Source: Octopus vulgaris (Eukaryota). Taken from it: 64,000 bases of DNA. Below the pieces are notes generated by a model. It did not search any database. It was given only the letters and a program-made list of their open reading frames with translations, and was not told the origin of the DNA. The first letter of the stretch is position 1. Every line of letters begins with the position of its first letter. The position numbers and the translations under genes were made by a program. The stretch lies in NCBI GenBank assembly GCA_951406725.2, contig OX597820.1, forward strand, positions 84,072,001 through 84,136,000. The letters are read 5' to 3'. This document shows, in pieces, positions 40,315 to 56,144 of the stretch.

Positions 40315-40744
40315 ATGTGTGTGTGTGTGTGAGTGTGTGTGTTCATGTGTGTGTATGTGTGTGTGCGCGAATTCATATAAATGTGTTTATATGCCCATAC
40401 ATGATGCGTGTGTCCATGCCCATATACGTATATGCGTTCGTGCGCGTGTGCATACATATATACAAAAACATCCTGCATACATGCCTGCACACATACATAC
40501 ATACATGCATAGATACATACAAACATCTACGTACATACATACATGCATAGATACATACATATATACATGCATACATACATAAATACATACATACATACAT
40601 ACACACATGCATGCATACATACATACATACATACATACATGCATACATACACACATACATACATACATACATACATACATACATACATACATACATACAT
40701 ACATGCATACATTTATATGTGTTTCAGTTTAGAATACTATTTTC

Positions 40745-40877
40745 TATTTTATGGGAAATTTTCGCAGCTACTTGGGATTTAGGTCCTAATTGCCTCAAGA
40801 AATTTCGAAAGCGTTGTCAAGATATACCGTGTACACAAAAATATGCAGATGACATTCTCCGGGTTGGCACTAAATAA
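40745..40877 (+). mobile_element. Possible small reverse-transcriptase relic (Ty3/Gypsy-like)
   Basis: Translation FRKRCQDIPCTQKYADDILRVG has YADD in a gypsy-like context (DIP....Y.DDIL..G). Very short. Confidence 0.3.
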
Positions 40878-41103
40878 TTCCATGCTTGATATTTCCTTAA
40901 AATATATATATATATATATTTAAAGACATGAATTGAAAGACATGTATATAGACATAAATTATAGCTATATGGATATAGATATAGTACGTGGATGCATCTT
41001 CATACATATTTATGTATGTATGCATGTTTGTGTGTGTATATATATGTATATTTGGTTGGGAAGAAAGCTTCTTCCCACGCAGCTAAGCCTGCGCCAATAT
41101 ATA

Positions 41104-41780
41104 CAGCGTGTCCCAAAATTAAGACAACAAATATTTTTCGATTATGCCAAACCAAAGTATTGCTATATTTCGAGTCCGCGAGTTGTAATGCAATGGTAGA
41201 GGAATCACTACCACATTTATTCGATATGACCGCCTCTGTTTCGAATAACAACGTGAAGTCCAGCTGCGAATGCTTCATCTGAGGCACGCAGTTGTTCTTG
41301 CGGGACAGAAGTTCATTCTTGGCACAGTTTTGCCTTGAAAGTGTCGAACGAAGTATCAGGAGTGGACCAAACAGAAAAATTCAATGGTTGAAGTCGGGGT
41401 TTCATGAGGGCCATATATCCTTGCCAATGAACGACCGAATGTTTTTTTTTAATCCAGTGTTGTGCCTGTTTGGAGCTGTTGGACGGAGCCTAGTCAAGAT
41501 AGAGGATCCAAGGTGTGCTTTGAAAGTGCTCATTAGCCTATGGAATCAGTTCAGCTTCCAGAATATCACTAATGAATCGCTGGATCTTGAAGGCACAAAA
41601 ATGAGGCGAGATCTTCCAGTGGCTGCTACAGCCTCTCAAACCACTGACTGGATTTTGACGTCGATTTATGTGTCTGCCTCTGAAGGGAAGGACTGGTCTT
41701 TGAGGAGGGATCCAAGATATGTATATATGTGGCTTCGTTTGATCTAATTCGCGATAGTAAAAAAACACATTTCGGAGTAA
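41104..41780 (-). mobile_element. Tc1/mariner-superfamily transposon 3' half (DD37D/maT-like), degenerate
   Basis: TA|CAGCGTGTCCCAAAATTAAG terminus. Minus-strand translation ILEAELIP*ANEHFQSTPW..D*APSNS, LQPLNFSVWS and terminal RGGHIE* resemble the maT/Bmmar1 catalytic C-terminus. Confidence 0.75.
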
Positions 41781-42049
41781 TTGTGCAGTTAGTGTTTTCC
41801 CGATATGATAATTTTTTTCCCTGTCTAACGTAACAAAGTTTGCACAGCCTCACTACTGGGCCATGTACTCCATTTCATGTATTGTCGTGCGTGGTCTAGC
41901 CTGTGTGTGGATGATGTATGTTTAGGTAAAATTTGGTGTCTTTTGCTTACGAGTGGCTGCTGTTTGATATGAAGATAAGTAGATCATTGTTATATATAGA
42001 ATGAAAATGTTTTGGTCCATACATAACTCGGGATAACATCAGAATGCAG

Positions 42050-43020
42050 GTTGTATGATTCAGAAAGAGAAATGCCAACAGTATTGTGTAATATCATCGA
42101 GAAATACTGATCTTAGTGATGATAGACAGGTTGTATTCAGAAGCGGTTGGATTTTTTTTTTAATTATGGGAGCTTTGCAAGCCAGATACAGTGGAAAGAT
42201 TTGCTGTTGTCTGATGTAGCATTATTACTTTCTTCACACTTCTCTAAAGAAGGAGTCCTCTGATGAGAGATTTGGGGTGTAGGTCTCCGGGGTGATTTGT
42301 CTCTGTGAGAGCCGTAGTGATTGTTGCAGAAGAAAGTGAGAGAAAGAGAGAGAAAGAGAGAGATAGCGAGGGAGAGAGCGAGCGAGATAGAGATTCCCAG
42401 TGATAGTGAAATTGTTTGTCATTAGCTGTCCCTGCTTTCTTAGAGATGATACAAATGAGAATAATAATGTGATAGTTGCCTATTTCAGACAGGCTCTATT
42501 TCTTTCGAATGGAACACATTGAAACTTGTTGAGAGTGAGAAACAAAAGAGTTTGGTAAATACAGCACCAAGTTGCACTGCTCAATGTTTAAGTAGACTGA
42601 AAATATCGTTGTCAAATGTGTTAGGCTTGTTTTAAAAAGCCGAAAGCATTTCTGCATTTGACCTCTGTATCAGAGACATTAGGACGTGAAGAGTTATATT
42701 TGGAGGGAAATGGTCAGCTATGTGTTATGTGAAGCTATATACAAAAAAACCGATGTATTTGGGAGTTTTTGTCACAAGGATACATTTTAGGGAGCCATGA
42801 TCGTGTAGAATAAAAAGCAAGGATTCTGCAATTCTGCAATATTGGTGGTGGTGTTTTGACAGGTGATCAGAATGATTGACTCTCGTTTTTCAGGCCGGAA
42901 AATATAAGGACGGTATGATGAACCAAAATATCATCAGCATAACAGGTTATGTTGCGGCAGGTGTTGTGGTGGTGGAGAGACTCAAATTTGTTTTAGAGGA
43001 GAATGAGATTACCTAGGTAT
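42050..43020 (-). mobile_element. Possible very old LINE (APE endonuclease region) relic
   Basis: Purine-biased plus strand. Weak minus-strand motifs FTITGN (IxGDFN-like) and SLRLSQRQITPET (Q..pT-like). Not firmly assignable. Confidence 0.25.
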
Positions 43021-43109
43021 TAAATTACTTGTTTGCCTGAACAGCTATAGTACGAGGGGGATTGCAGTTATTTTTTTTATTTACTTAGGATATGGAATCT
43101 AATAACCAC

Positions 43110-43190
<81 letters not shown>

Positions 43191-45554
43191 AGCAACTGTG
43201 ATATGAACAGAAGGGAAAAGTTTCCATGTTTGCATGGTATTATAATTTCCGTTCGGAGGGTAGCGGGCTAGAATATTCCTGAAACCATGCTATCGAATAA
43301 CTTTTCCCATCGCTCAGTTTTTTAGGTTCCTTTTTCATCCCAGTGGACACTAACTGAATGAAACCTACACACAAATGAAATTTTAAAAAAATATTGCTAT
43401 CACTTCTTAATTAACTGTCCCATCCACCATTCATGGTCGCATTCCCATATATCCAAGAACAAACTCAATCTGAAACGGTAGTCATAAACATAATAAATAG
43501 TTGTAGTAAAGCCGTTGATACAGTTCATATACTGTCACTTATTTTATCAATCACTAATGGATATTGTACAACGTTAAACGAATACTAAACTGTCAGGGTT
43601 TCAAATCTCCTCCTTTATCCACTTTATAATATTGATTATTTAACTAAGTACAACGTGGCATAAGAAATATGTTAATGTAGGTTTAGTGATGCAGCATTTT
43701 TTGTCTCTTTCACTTTTTGTGTTCACCTTGACTTTCGATCTGGTTTTCGAATTCGAACGGTGGAGCAACGAATATATAATTTTTATAAAACGCTCTTTTG
43801 TCGCACATGTGCATCGTAAGACCAAGGGTTGAACTTTCGTTATGACGATGAGACGCTTACAACAGATCTCATCTCATAGCAGGCGGTTTTGCGTTTATTA
43901 CTCCGAGGGATGTGTATCACTACTGCAATGTGTACGCCATGAAAGACAAGTACAATCAAAAGTAATGCTGATAAACCTTAAAAGAGGTAGGTGTATGGCT
44001 ATAAAAAACCTAAATGAGAAAGAAGTTTCAGAGAAGAGTTTTGATGCAGGAGGAGGATTTGGGGTTTAAAATCTACGGGAGACACTTGGGGAAAGTAGGA
44101 GATAGAAATAGACAGAGAAGAAAAGAAAGCGAAAGAGAGAGTAAGAGGAAGTGGGCTAGCAGAACTGTGGATCAGAAATTGTAGAGCATTTCTCAATCTT
44201 TCAAAGGAATTTAATTTGCTTGTAACCTGGTAGTTCAAAATCTATCCATTGTATATTTTATACTTACAACACACAGCTCACTTCCCACCCGGCTATTAAA
44301 GCCCACTGTGTCACGCTTATAACATCAGTAAGCTGAAATACATGGTACATAACATTTATAATATAAACAAGGGTTATTTTGCCTTCGATCCTATCTCTGT
44401 ATTCTCACCTCAAATACATCGGTTACTTCATTCATAGTCAATGTCCAAGAATATAGAAATTCTGTATTGAAATGACCTGAGAATGTCATGACAAATGTCA
44501 CTGTATATTTATGGTATACCTTTACAACAGTCCACATTTATTTCCAAAAGAAAACAGAAATAAAAATCATTCACAAATTACTGAGATAGCGATTTGTATA
44601 CGTACATCTTTTTTTCATAAAATGTCTCCAACATCTGTCGTATCGCTTCTTATTAGCCCACTATGGAAACACAACATTTAAGAAGCAACGATCAACTTGT
44701 CATTAAAAATAAAAAAGCGTTTCATTTTATTTTCTGAAGTACATAGTCTTCATGAAAAGTCATTGGGATTGGCAGTATTGGAATGACGTTGAAACCAGGA
44801 CTTAAGCACACATTTACATCACTGAATCATATGCATGTCATTTCAACTGCTCACTAGATGCCAAATAGAATCAATCATCTTAGTCAGGCGTGGGCTATAT
44901 TTTTTCGGGAACCTAACTATGTCAGCTTTGCCTCGTCATTTAAGTGAGTACTACTCCTCAAAGAATTGATGGAAATTTTTAGTTAGTCGAACAATTTAGT
45001 AAGTCCCGAGGACAAAAATGTATCAATGACTGTTCTAGGTGGTCGAGCCATCTACAGGAATAAGAACGAAATGTCAGGAAAATTAAAATTTAGCTTATTG
45101 AAACAGGATAACATGGGATTATTTTTTCTATATATGAGTAATATGGGATTGTAACGGCTGGAATGATTTCGATCAAGTCTGAACTGAGATTACTCTACCA
45201 AAATAACATCAACACTACTGTACAGGATCTCATATCAGCAATCTAGGTCTGCCGGGCAACATAAGACATATTTCAGTAGAACGTACACTTACATACAATA
45301 ACATATTCGCATACTCAATATAATACACAGACGTACAAACCAACAGACAGCGTACAGAAAGCCATAAACCAGAATGTTATGATACCAATATGATATCGAT
45401 AACTTACAACTCAGGATAACATTCTTACGCATTGATTCATATTCATACGTAAATACATACTTAGTAGGGTGTATCTGAGTGTGTGTGTATACATGTATAC
45501 ATACACACACACAAATACGCACGCGCATACACACACACATATTTATATATATAC

Positions 45555-45945
45555 TTTCATTGTCTTACCTGCTTCAGTCATCTGACTGCGGCCATGCTGG
45601 AGTACCAGCTCGAAGGGGTTTTTTGTGGAAAATATCGACCGCATGACTTATTTTTTAAGCGTTCTACTTATTTCCCGCTCTCTTATGCCGAACCGCTAAC
45701 TTATATGCACCAACACCGGCTGTCAAGCTGTGATGGGGTACAAACAGACACAGCCAAAAAACGCACATGCGCACACACATATACGACGGGCTTCTTTCAG
45801 TTTCCGACACCAAATCCACTCACAAGGCTTTGATCATTACAAGGCTATAGTAGAAGAGACTTGCCCAACGTGTCACAAAGTCGGACTCAGCCTAGAATCA
45901 TGTGGTTGGAAAGCAAGCGTCTTACCACACAGCCACGCGTGCACC
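45555..45945 (-). mobile_element. SINE family B, near full-length
   Basis: tRNA-like head on minus (GGTGCACGCGTGGCTGTGTGGTAAG...), family B body and GACTGCGGCCATGCTGGAG tail. Confidence 0.85.
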
Positions 45946-46749
45946 TATTTATGAGTATATATCTATGTATATATATATATATGTGTGTGTGTGTGTATGT
46001 GTATGAGTATGTTTGTTTGTGTGCGTGTCTATACATACACAAACATACATTTATAATCATAAACATTAAGAGAAGAGAGAAAGATAGAGAGAGAAAGAAA
46101 GAGAGGAAAAGAAAGAAGGAGAGAGAGAGAGAGAGAGTAATAGTTTCAAACATTGCAAACCGCAGCTTGTTACACTGTATATAGTTAATCACACATAACT
46201 CATTGTTTACACAATGAAGCAACGTACTGCTTTTGGTGACTAAATCAAAATTTAAATAAATAACGTACGTGCCTACGTACCTACAAGCCTATACCAGTAC
46301 ATACTTGCATAGACACAGAGAAAAGTACATACGCACAAACATATACATACATGCATGTATACATATATAAATATACATACACATACGCACGCACACACAC
46401 ACACAAGCACATGTTGATAAATAAACAAACACTGATATATGAATGGTGTACGTAATGAATTCTACTCTATGCTCACCAGGTATTGAGACTTTCTCTGAAG
46501 AGCCATCTTATTTGCACGTGTATATTTTTGTATATGTATAGATGTTCCTGTGAAAAGAAGATTCTCACTGTGAGTGTGCGTGTGTGTGTGTGAAAATGTG
46601 AATGTGTGAGTGTGTGAGTATCTCTGAGTGTGTATGTGTGTTCTTGCATCTGTGTATCGTTAGTTCCCATCATAAGCTGTCCATAGAAATCGTAACGATT
46701 TCAAACCCACCTCAAGGTATATTTCCTATCATTGGTGCCGGATGATGCT

Positions 46750-47004
46750 TTTATTCTATTAACTGTTTCAGTTATTAGACTGCGACGACCATTCTGGGGT
46801 TACAGCCTTGAAGATTTATTTCAACAAATCACCCAGCTACATATTGTTCTTCTTCAAAACCTAGAACATATTTTACCGGCGCGCTAAACAACCTTATATA
46901 CTTACACCCATTTATATCTACATACATGCATACATACATACATACATGCACACGTATGTATATATGTATATATATCTATATCTATCGATCTGTCTATATA
47001 TCTA

Positions 47005-47054
<50 letters not shown>

Positions 47055-47261
47055 CTATATATATATATAGATAGATATATAGATAGATAGATAGATAGAT
47101 AGATATATAGATAGACAGATATCTGCTTTCTTTCATTTTCGGTCTACGTAATCCATAATTGTTTGGTCAGGCCCGGGGCAATAGAGAACAATTGCGCAAG
47201 GACTTATCCTGGACCCATCTGCTTAGGAAGGAAACTTCTCACCACACAGTCATCCTTGCGT
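46750..47261 (-). mobile_element. SINE family B, degenerate, with expanded compound microsatellite
   Basis: Tail motif TGTTTCAGTTATTAGACTGCG at 46764 and head motif CTTCTCACCACACAGTC at 47236. Confidence 0.6.
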
Positions 47262-47510
47262 CAGTTGAGATTACTTTGGCTCACATTTCGTCATATCTCC
47301 ATGCGATTATGTAAGTGGACTATGGATAGTATTTGTCGGAATGTACTTTCAGACTCTAGTATTAGTGTTAATAACTTATAAGACTGCACTCATCGCAACA
47401 TTCCACAAGTTGCTTCCTACGTAGTTTGCATTTCAGATCACTAATGAATATACACATATATGTATGTATGTGTGCATGTATGCATGCAGACATGCATGTA
47501 TGTATCAATT

Positions 47511-47574
<64 letters not shown>

Positions 47575-47781
47575 AGTGAGCGTGTATCTGTATATATATA
47601 TATATATATATATACATATATATACATACATACATACATACATACATACATACACACACACGCACACACACACACACGCACACACACACACGCACACACA
47701 CACACACACAGATATATGTATGTATGTATGTTTACTTTATTATTATTAAAGCACAGCTGCAAAAACATCACAGAAGTTTTA

Positions 47782-47981
47782 CAAAAAACTGCGACTCAGA
47801 GTTTCGCGTGCCAGTTCGGCGGACAGTTTACTTTGAGAATCTAAACTGTCCGACGAACCGGAACGTGAAACTCTGAGTTGTAGTTTTTGCAGTTTTGATA
47901 AATTAAAGCGTTTTAATCTACCTCCGGTATTCAAGTATTTTTTTTCTCACATTGTTTCACATTCATGTGCTTCCTTAGGTC

Positions 47982-47985
<4 letters not shown>
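47782..47985 (+). mobile_element. Fold-back (about 48-bp arms) with hammerhead-like motif; probable Penelope-like terminal fragment
   Basis: 47782-47830 is the reverse complement of 47842-47889 with an 11-nt spacer. The right arm reads AAACTGT-CCGACGA-ACCGGAACGT-GAAA-CTCTGAG-TT-GTAGTTT and continues about 95 bp to a (TA)n tract. Confidence 0.55.
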
Positions 47986-48441
<456 letters not shown>

Positions 48442-48464
48442 TTTGTGTGTATGTATGCGTGTGT

Positions 48465-48899
<435 letters not shown>

Positions 48900-49619
48900 A
48901 TATATATATATATACATATACATATGTGTGTGTTTAGAGTTTATATATATATATATATATATATTTGCTTATGTTTATGCATGATATGTATTGAAGTATA
49001 TACGTATTTATACGCATTACATTTTTGAAATACGAGGTATATGCAATAAATTACTTTAATAATGAACCTCGAAGTAGCTAAGACTATAAATAATAACCTG
49101 TATAATTTTGGGTTAAGAAAAAGATTTCAGTGGAATTATAGGATGTGTATAGAACACGAATCCACATCTGTTACCATAACAGTCAATTAGCCATTATACC
49201 AAGTACACCCTTCGAAATTTCCCCACCTCTTATTGAAGGAAGCATCGATCTTACTAGTAAGAACTGGAAAATATTTGTTACATTGTAAGAATTTTATCAT
49301 GTGAAGAATATTGGGTTAGCAAATACCAAAGATGGTAAAAAGTCGAAGACTTTTACCTCAAAATATGATAGGAATAATTATACACTAATGCGTATGTATT
49401 CAAATAACAGGCGTCTCTAAAACAATACATATTGCATATTAGATGTATACACACAACTTATGCTATATCAACCAAACGAAAAATATTTAAAGACTTGCAT
49501 GCGGGCGCATCAATATCAACAATCATTCACACACAAACACACACACACACATATACACACACACTCATACACATACACGCGTGTACACGCACATGCATAA
49601 ATGATTATGGATCTTATAT

Positions 49620-50118
49620 ATTCTGTCTTTTCCTAGTTAATACATTAGACCGTGGCCATGCTGGGATCACTGCCATGAACAATCTATAGACTAATTAATC
49701 GCCTCCAGTATATACTAATTAAGCCTCGTATATATTCTATCGGTTTCTTTTGCCGAACCCTCAAATTACGGGAACGTAAATACACCAGCACCGGATGTCA
49801 AGCGGCGGTGGCAGAGAAACATGGTTACGTATATGAGTGTATATGTGTGTGTCTGTTTGTGTGAACAGGATGAAAGGTAGTTCCAGAACTAAACACACTT
49901 AAGTGCAGTTTCCCAGTTTCTGTGACGTATATTGCTCCCCACTTCCACGGACGGGACAGCCACCCGGCACTGCCTTACACACTTTTGCTAGCTGAGTGTA
50001 TTGGAACAAAGTGGAAGGCGTGATTCGCTCCAGAACACAACGCATCACATGTCCTGGAATGTAAACCAAAATCTTACGCTCATGACTGCGAAGGCCTAAC
50101 CACTAATCCACGCTCGCA
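49620..50118 (-). mobile_element. SINE family B 3' part (49620-49822) and family C-like head (49905-50118)
   Basis: GACCGTGGCCATGCTGG and TTTTGCCGAACC...TTACGGGAACGTAAA; then CTAGCTGAGTG...GAACACAACGC...CCTAACCACTAATCCACG. Confidence 0.65.
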
Positions 50119-51226
50119 CCAGAACTCATACACCCGCAAACACGCTCGTACACACACACATACACACACATGAATACGTACTTACTTATGTATAAACGCT
50201 CGCGCACGATCGCATTATTCTTTACCACGTGTGTGTCAAAAGCTGGAAACTACAAAAAGCGTTTAACACAGTATGAACATTTCTTTCGAAAGGTTTGTGT
50301 CATTTTTGTCATTCATTTTTCAAATAACTTACGAGGTAAATAACAATTTGTGATTGCTTCAATCGGCAAATATTTATGTGTATCTTATTTGCTCACCTGA
50401 CACAATCCCCGATAGCCAGTAAGGTGGATGTAAGTGCTACCCTTAACGTATTGCAATGAATACACAGTGTCTATCTGACGGTATTGTACTACAGCTAACA
50501 CTTACAGTCAGTGCACGCACCGTGCTTGTTCGACAGAGAGACACGTTAGAAAATTATCTTAATCTGCCTAATATTACACTCTTTTATCTTATGAGGGAAA
50601 CCTCTGAAAAGTAAAGAGTAATATGACGGAGAGGGAGTGAGAGAGAGAGGAAGGAGAGAGAGAGAATGGTAGAAGGAGAGAGGAAGGCGAGAGAGAAAGG
50701 TAGAAGGTAAGAAGAAGGAGAGAGAGAAAATAGACTTCAGAGAAAGAAAGTGGGAGAGAGAAAGAGAGGCGGGGGAAGAGAGAGACGGTGGTTACAGTGG
50801 TAATGAAAATGACTGTTAGTCCACCTGATTAAGGTTGAGAAGAGAAAAAAGGGAACACGAGAGGAGGCGGAACCCATTCTTTCAGCAACGCAAATTATGT
50901 TTTTTTTTCTCATTTTTTTACTTTGGTATTTTTTCTCACTAATAATTACGTTCACCACTAAATTCTATATCATTGATTCATAAACAGAAAAAAATATATT
51001 TACGCATATATCTGTCTATCTGTCCATCTATCTATTTATCTAACTATCTATCTACACACAACCACATACACAGACACGCACACATATAGAGCGTCAAACT
51101 AATACACCTGCTTGTTGTTTATACACCTCTCTTCGTCTTCTGTTTCTCTGTAAATTTCAACTATATATGTACATACGTATATATATCTATATATAAACAC
51201 AGACACACCCACGCAGACATATGCAT

Positions 51227-51304
<78 letters not shown>

Positions 51305-52136
51305 GTTTGTGTCTCTGCGTGTAAATAGTATAAATACATATATATGCATTTATATATGTATATTTGTATGTATGAATATATGTGTGTATATTTATGTGTG
51401 TGTGTGTGAGTGCGTGTAGTCTATTCATATTTATACATATATACACATATTTCCACTTCCATACTTCCGCACTATAGAATTACTTGAGTCCAATAGAGCT
51501 TGTTCTGTCATCTTGTATACAGTGTACAATGCCTGGTAGCGTCAGTAAGCATATACATACGTATAGTCTTATTCTCAGAAATGTCATGCGTGTACACAAA
51601 AAACGTCTATCTGTACATTTATCCTCCATTTATCTGTATCTGTCTGTCTATACATCTAGCGACGCATCTATCTATCTAACCCATATATCTATATATCGAT
51701 TTACCTTCCTATTGATCTAGCAGTCTATCGATCTATCTATCCATCTATTTATCTATCTACGCGTACTGACACTACTATTTTACACACGCAAATATCTACA
51801 ACAAGAACACGTCCAGCACTTAATTCTCTCAACAGCGCAGCCTATGATGATTTGATAGCTACTGTATACACATGACTGAGAGGGTTATATATACAAATTA
51901 ATAATAGTAATCACAGACGGGGACACACACACACACATACATACACGCACATAGACACAAACATACAAATATATATATATATATGTGTGTGTGTGGTTGT
52001 AAAGCTATGTATATATATATGTATGTATACACGCATACACACGTACACACTCACGCACATGTATAGTTAACAGTCACCTGTAAAGAACCATTCATAAGAC
52101 CAGCAGCTTTTACTATCAGCAGCGGCGCAACCATTG

Positions 52137-52220
52137 CCACCCACCTCCGCTATCACCACCCATCACCGCCACTTCCACCCACCTCCACTATCATCACCCA
52201 TCACCGCCACTACCACCCAC
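52137..52220. repeat. 38-bp tandem duplication (two copies plus a partial)
   Basis: CCACCCACCTCC(G/A)CTATCA(C/T)CACCCATCACCGCCACT at 52137 and 52175. Confidence 0.8.
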
Positions 52221-53012
52221 ACCCACCACCAGAACCACCATCACTAACGCCACCACCGCTACCATCAACAATACAATATATGATGTTCTGATAGCAACGG
52301 TACATACATCTCACGGCAGACATGGTAACTGATTCGTCCGCTATTTCTTCAGTTTCTTCCTTCACTTTAACCTATCATCAATCTGTACAGCTATCGATCT
52401 ATAGATTCAACAGTTTATTCCAATAAATCTAACAAACCATACTATTCTTACATCATTTAACCGGAGCGTCCTACTTTTTTTTGTCCTACATTCATACTTT
52501 GTTGATGTTGATATTTCACAATTGTTTCGGGGAAAATTTTCTGTTTCGTTCATACTTGTCAATTGCTGTAGTAGTTGTTGGTGATAATATTTATAATTTT
52601 GAAATGGCTCATAGATCTCTCTCACTCCTTCTCATTCTCTCTCTCTATCTCTCTCTCCTTCTCTCTCTCTCTCCTTCTCTCACTCTTTCTTATTCTCTCT
52701 CTCTCTCTCGCTTTCTCCCCCTCACTCACACACTCTCTCCATCATTCTCAACACACCTTACGGACGAAAACATTTAAGTACGCATGCATGTACTATGAAT
52801 ATATATGTATATATGAATGGAGATAGGTAGGATTTGGGTTAGTAGGTAGAGAGGTAGGTAGGAAGGTAAGATGTATGTGTGGATATATAAAGATATATAT
52901 TTTATCTGCTATAACGGCTTTAATCACACATACTGCTATTACAATTCTTTCAGATATCGTTGTTTATGAAATATTTTCCAATATTTTAATTTCCGGTCAC
53001 TCTGTTCTTTAA

Positions 53013-53090
<78 letters not shown>

Positions 53091-53269
53091 GTCTGTGTAT
53101 AATTATATATATACTCATACACAGACACACAGACACACACACATGGGCGCGCGTGCACGCACATAACGAGTGAATGAGAGAATTATAGAGAGAGTGGCAC
53201 TGACAGATAGATAGGTATGATATACATAGACATGTTGAGGAACGCGTGCACTCATACAGATATACAAAA

Positions 53270-53309
<40 letters not shown>

Positions 53310-53756
53310 CTTATCGGATATGAATACAGGAGAAGTAGAAATCAAAACACGAGTATATATTCTTTGCTGTTAAATTGATTGCAGGTTTTGGCACAAAGAT
53401 AGCAATATGGGGAAGTCGATTACGTCGACCACAGTATGCAACAGGTATTTATTTATTGTAACAGAATATTACCAATAATGAAATGAGGTCGAAGAGTGCC
53501 TTTTATGGTACTTATGAATCGCACTTATAATCTGGGAGACTGTTTCTTACACTGAGTGAATTACAACATGTTATGTTTTAGGAAGGTTAGATAGAATATA
53601 TAAGAGTGTCACGTGAAAAACGAGAAATATTTTAACAAGTATCTCCTGAAATTTAGCAGATTTTAAAATGCAATAAAAAGATGCTTACACATATACTTCT
53701 ACATTTACACACGCAAATATATCAACACACGAACACGAACACACACACACACACGC

Positions 53757-53791
<35 letters not shown>

Positions 53792-54519
53792 CATGCATAC
53801 ATACATACATACATACATACATACATACATGTATACATATAATCATACATGCTTACATACATACATCCACAAACTCACGTATATATATAGAGAAGACTAT
53901 ATATAACTTAACATTCTGGTTTACATAAGCGTCAATTTCTAACAGGAATGTAATCACATGGCAAAATATAAAAATACGTTCAAGTTATATGAATAGAAAT
54001 ACGATTATATATGAACACACACACGGGCATCAATGTAAATAAAGAAAAAAAATTACTATATTAATTTGACTGTACATATTTAACTGTTTCTCTCTGTCTG
54101 TCTCACTCGTTCTCTGTTTCTTGATATATACATGCTCGAAATACGAGAGTAGAAAAACAGTCAACAACTGATGAAGAGTCATTTTAAATGTTGCATGTCT
54201 TGTTTTTTATTTGTTTCTTTCGTTGTTCGAAAAATAGTTCATATTCCATGTACTCGTACTTCGCATTTTTTCTTCTACACGTTTCGTACATCCTGTGCCT
54301 TCATGTGCACACACACATATATATGCGTATAGGTGTAAGTATGTACATATATATATATATATATATCTTCCTTGCTGTTTGTCTGTCTGTCTACCTATCG
54401 GTCTGTTTGTATGTCTATCTGTCTAGTGGCCTGATTACTCGTCTGTCTCTCTGCCTGTCCCTGTACATATTATATGCAAACACGCACATACACACATCTG
54501 TGTGTGTGTATCGTTGATT

Positions 54520-54715
54520 CAATGTTTGTCCGCTCACCATCGCTTGACAACCGATGTTTGTGTGTTTAAGTTCTCGTAACTTAGCAATCCGGCAAAAAAA
54601 AAAGGACCAACAGAGTAAATAATAGAAATACTTAATGGCGTCGATTTCTTTGACCAAAACCATTTAAGACGGTGCTCTAGTATGGCCGCAGTGAAATGAC
54701 TGGAACATGTAAAAT
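54520..54715 (+). mobile_element. SINE family B 3' part
   Basis: CGCTTGACAACCGATG...GACGGTGCTCTAGTATGGCCGCAGTGAAATGACTGGAAC. Confidence 0.75.
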
Positions 54716-55073
54716 AGTTATAATGGATTAACGAAACTCAAATGACTTCACAACCTGAATCACAGAATTTCATGTACCCGATTAGTAGAGCCGAGTAAGA
54801 TAATACCATTTATAAATACTTATAAAAAGCGTAATATCTATTATTTAGTAACTCATAAAATAAAACATTTAAAGCTGTTAGGACTGTGAATTATTAGTGT
54901 AAAAAATAACAGCTATGTATCGCATGAAGTAGAAGCGATTGACGGAAACAGAAATAAACAGCAAGAAGTAAATGATTTAAAAAGAAAAAAAAATAATAAT
55001 AATATTTATAATAATTATTTATTTTCTTCCTCGCCAGGGCGAAGTAATTATAATAATAATAATAATAATAATA

Positions 55074-55428
55074 CCGGCAGATGACAACGTGTCTCTAAAA
55101 GAAATGGAGAAACTCTCAAAATACAAAGACCTGGAAATAGAGCTAACTAGAATGTGGAATCTGAAAACAGAAACAATTCCTATCATAGTAGGTGCATTAG
55201 GCATGATAAAAAAATATTCAGACAAATACATAACAAAAACACCAGGACTTACAAACACATATAACATACAGAAAATTGCACTACTAGGCACTGCACACAT
55301 CCTACGCAGAACACTTTCCATACAATAACCATCAGAGCATCACAACAAATCACAGCACATATCCAAGGCACACAGAGCTGCGCTCGGTAGTGAAGTGAAA
55401 GCACGCTATAAAAATTAAAATAAAACTA

Positions 55429-55431
<3 letters not shown>
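55074..55431 (+). mobile_element. 5'-truncated R4/Dong-clade non-LTR retrotransposon (RLE C-terminus and 3' UTR) in (TAA)n
   Basis: ORF 55089-55328 KEMEKLSKYKDLEIELTRMWNLKTETIPIIVGALG...IQKIALLGTAHILRRTL is the typical restriction-like endonuclease C-terminus (K..KY..L; PIIVGALG). (AAT)n lies directly on both sides, the known Dong target. Confidence 0.9.
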
Positions 55432-55480
<49 letters not shown>

Positions 55481-55504
55481 GTAATAATAATGATAATAAT
55501 AATA

Positions 55505-55591
<87 letters not shown>

Positions 55592-55612
55592 TTAATAATA
55601 ATAATAAAAAAA

Positions 55613-55917
55613 GACTCCGCCGGTTACGACGACGAGGGTCCCAGCTGATACGATCAACGGAACAGCTTGCTCGTGAAATTATGTATTCCACAGACACGTG
55701 TACCCTTAACGTAGTTCTCGGGGATAATCAGCGTGACACAGAGAGTGACAAGGCTGACCCTTTGAAATACAAGTACAACTCATTTTTCCCAGCTGAGTGG
55801 ACTGGAGCAACGTGAAATAAAGTGTCTTGCTCAAGGACACAACGCGTCGCCGGGAATCGAACTCACAACCTTACGATCATGAGCCGAATGCCCCTAACCA
55901 CTAAGCCACGCGCCCTC
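55613..55917 (-). mobile_element. SINE family C, near full-length copy
   Basis: Reverse complement of the 25322-25640 family. B-box GAGTTCGATTCC on minus. Confidence 0.88.
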
Positions 55918-56062
55918 ACCAATAATAATAATAATAACAACAACAATAACAACAACAACAACAACAACAACAACAATATATGGGGTTATGTGTGTGTGGG
56001 TGGGTGTTGTGTGTACATACACACACACACTATACATATGTATATGTACATATACATATACA

Positions 56063-56144
<82 letters not shown>

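Noticed and set aside
43900-44240. Possible L2-like LINE 3' remnant (FERLRNALQFLI)
   Set aside because: A single weak motif, not enough to call.
54140-54305. CTGATGA at 54168 as another hammerhead core
   Set aside because: No suitably placed stem II and GAAA follow it. Possibly a repeat fragment, but no ribozyme fold can be drawn.
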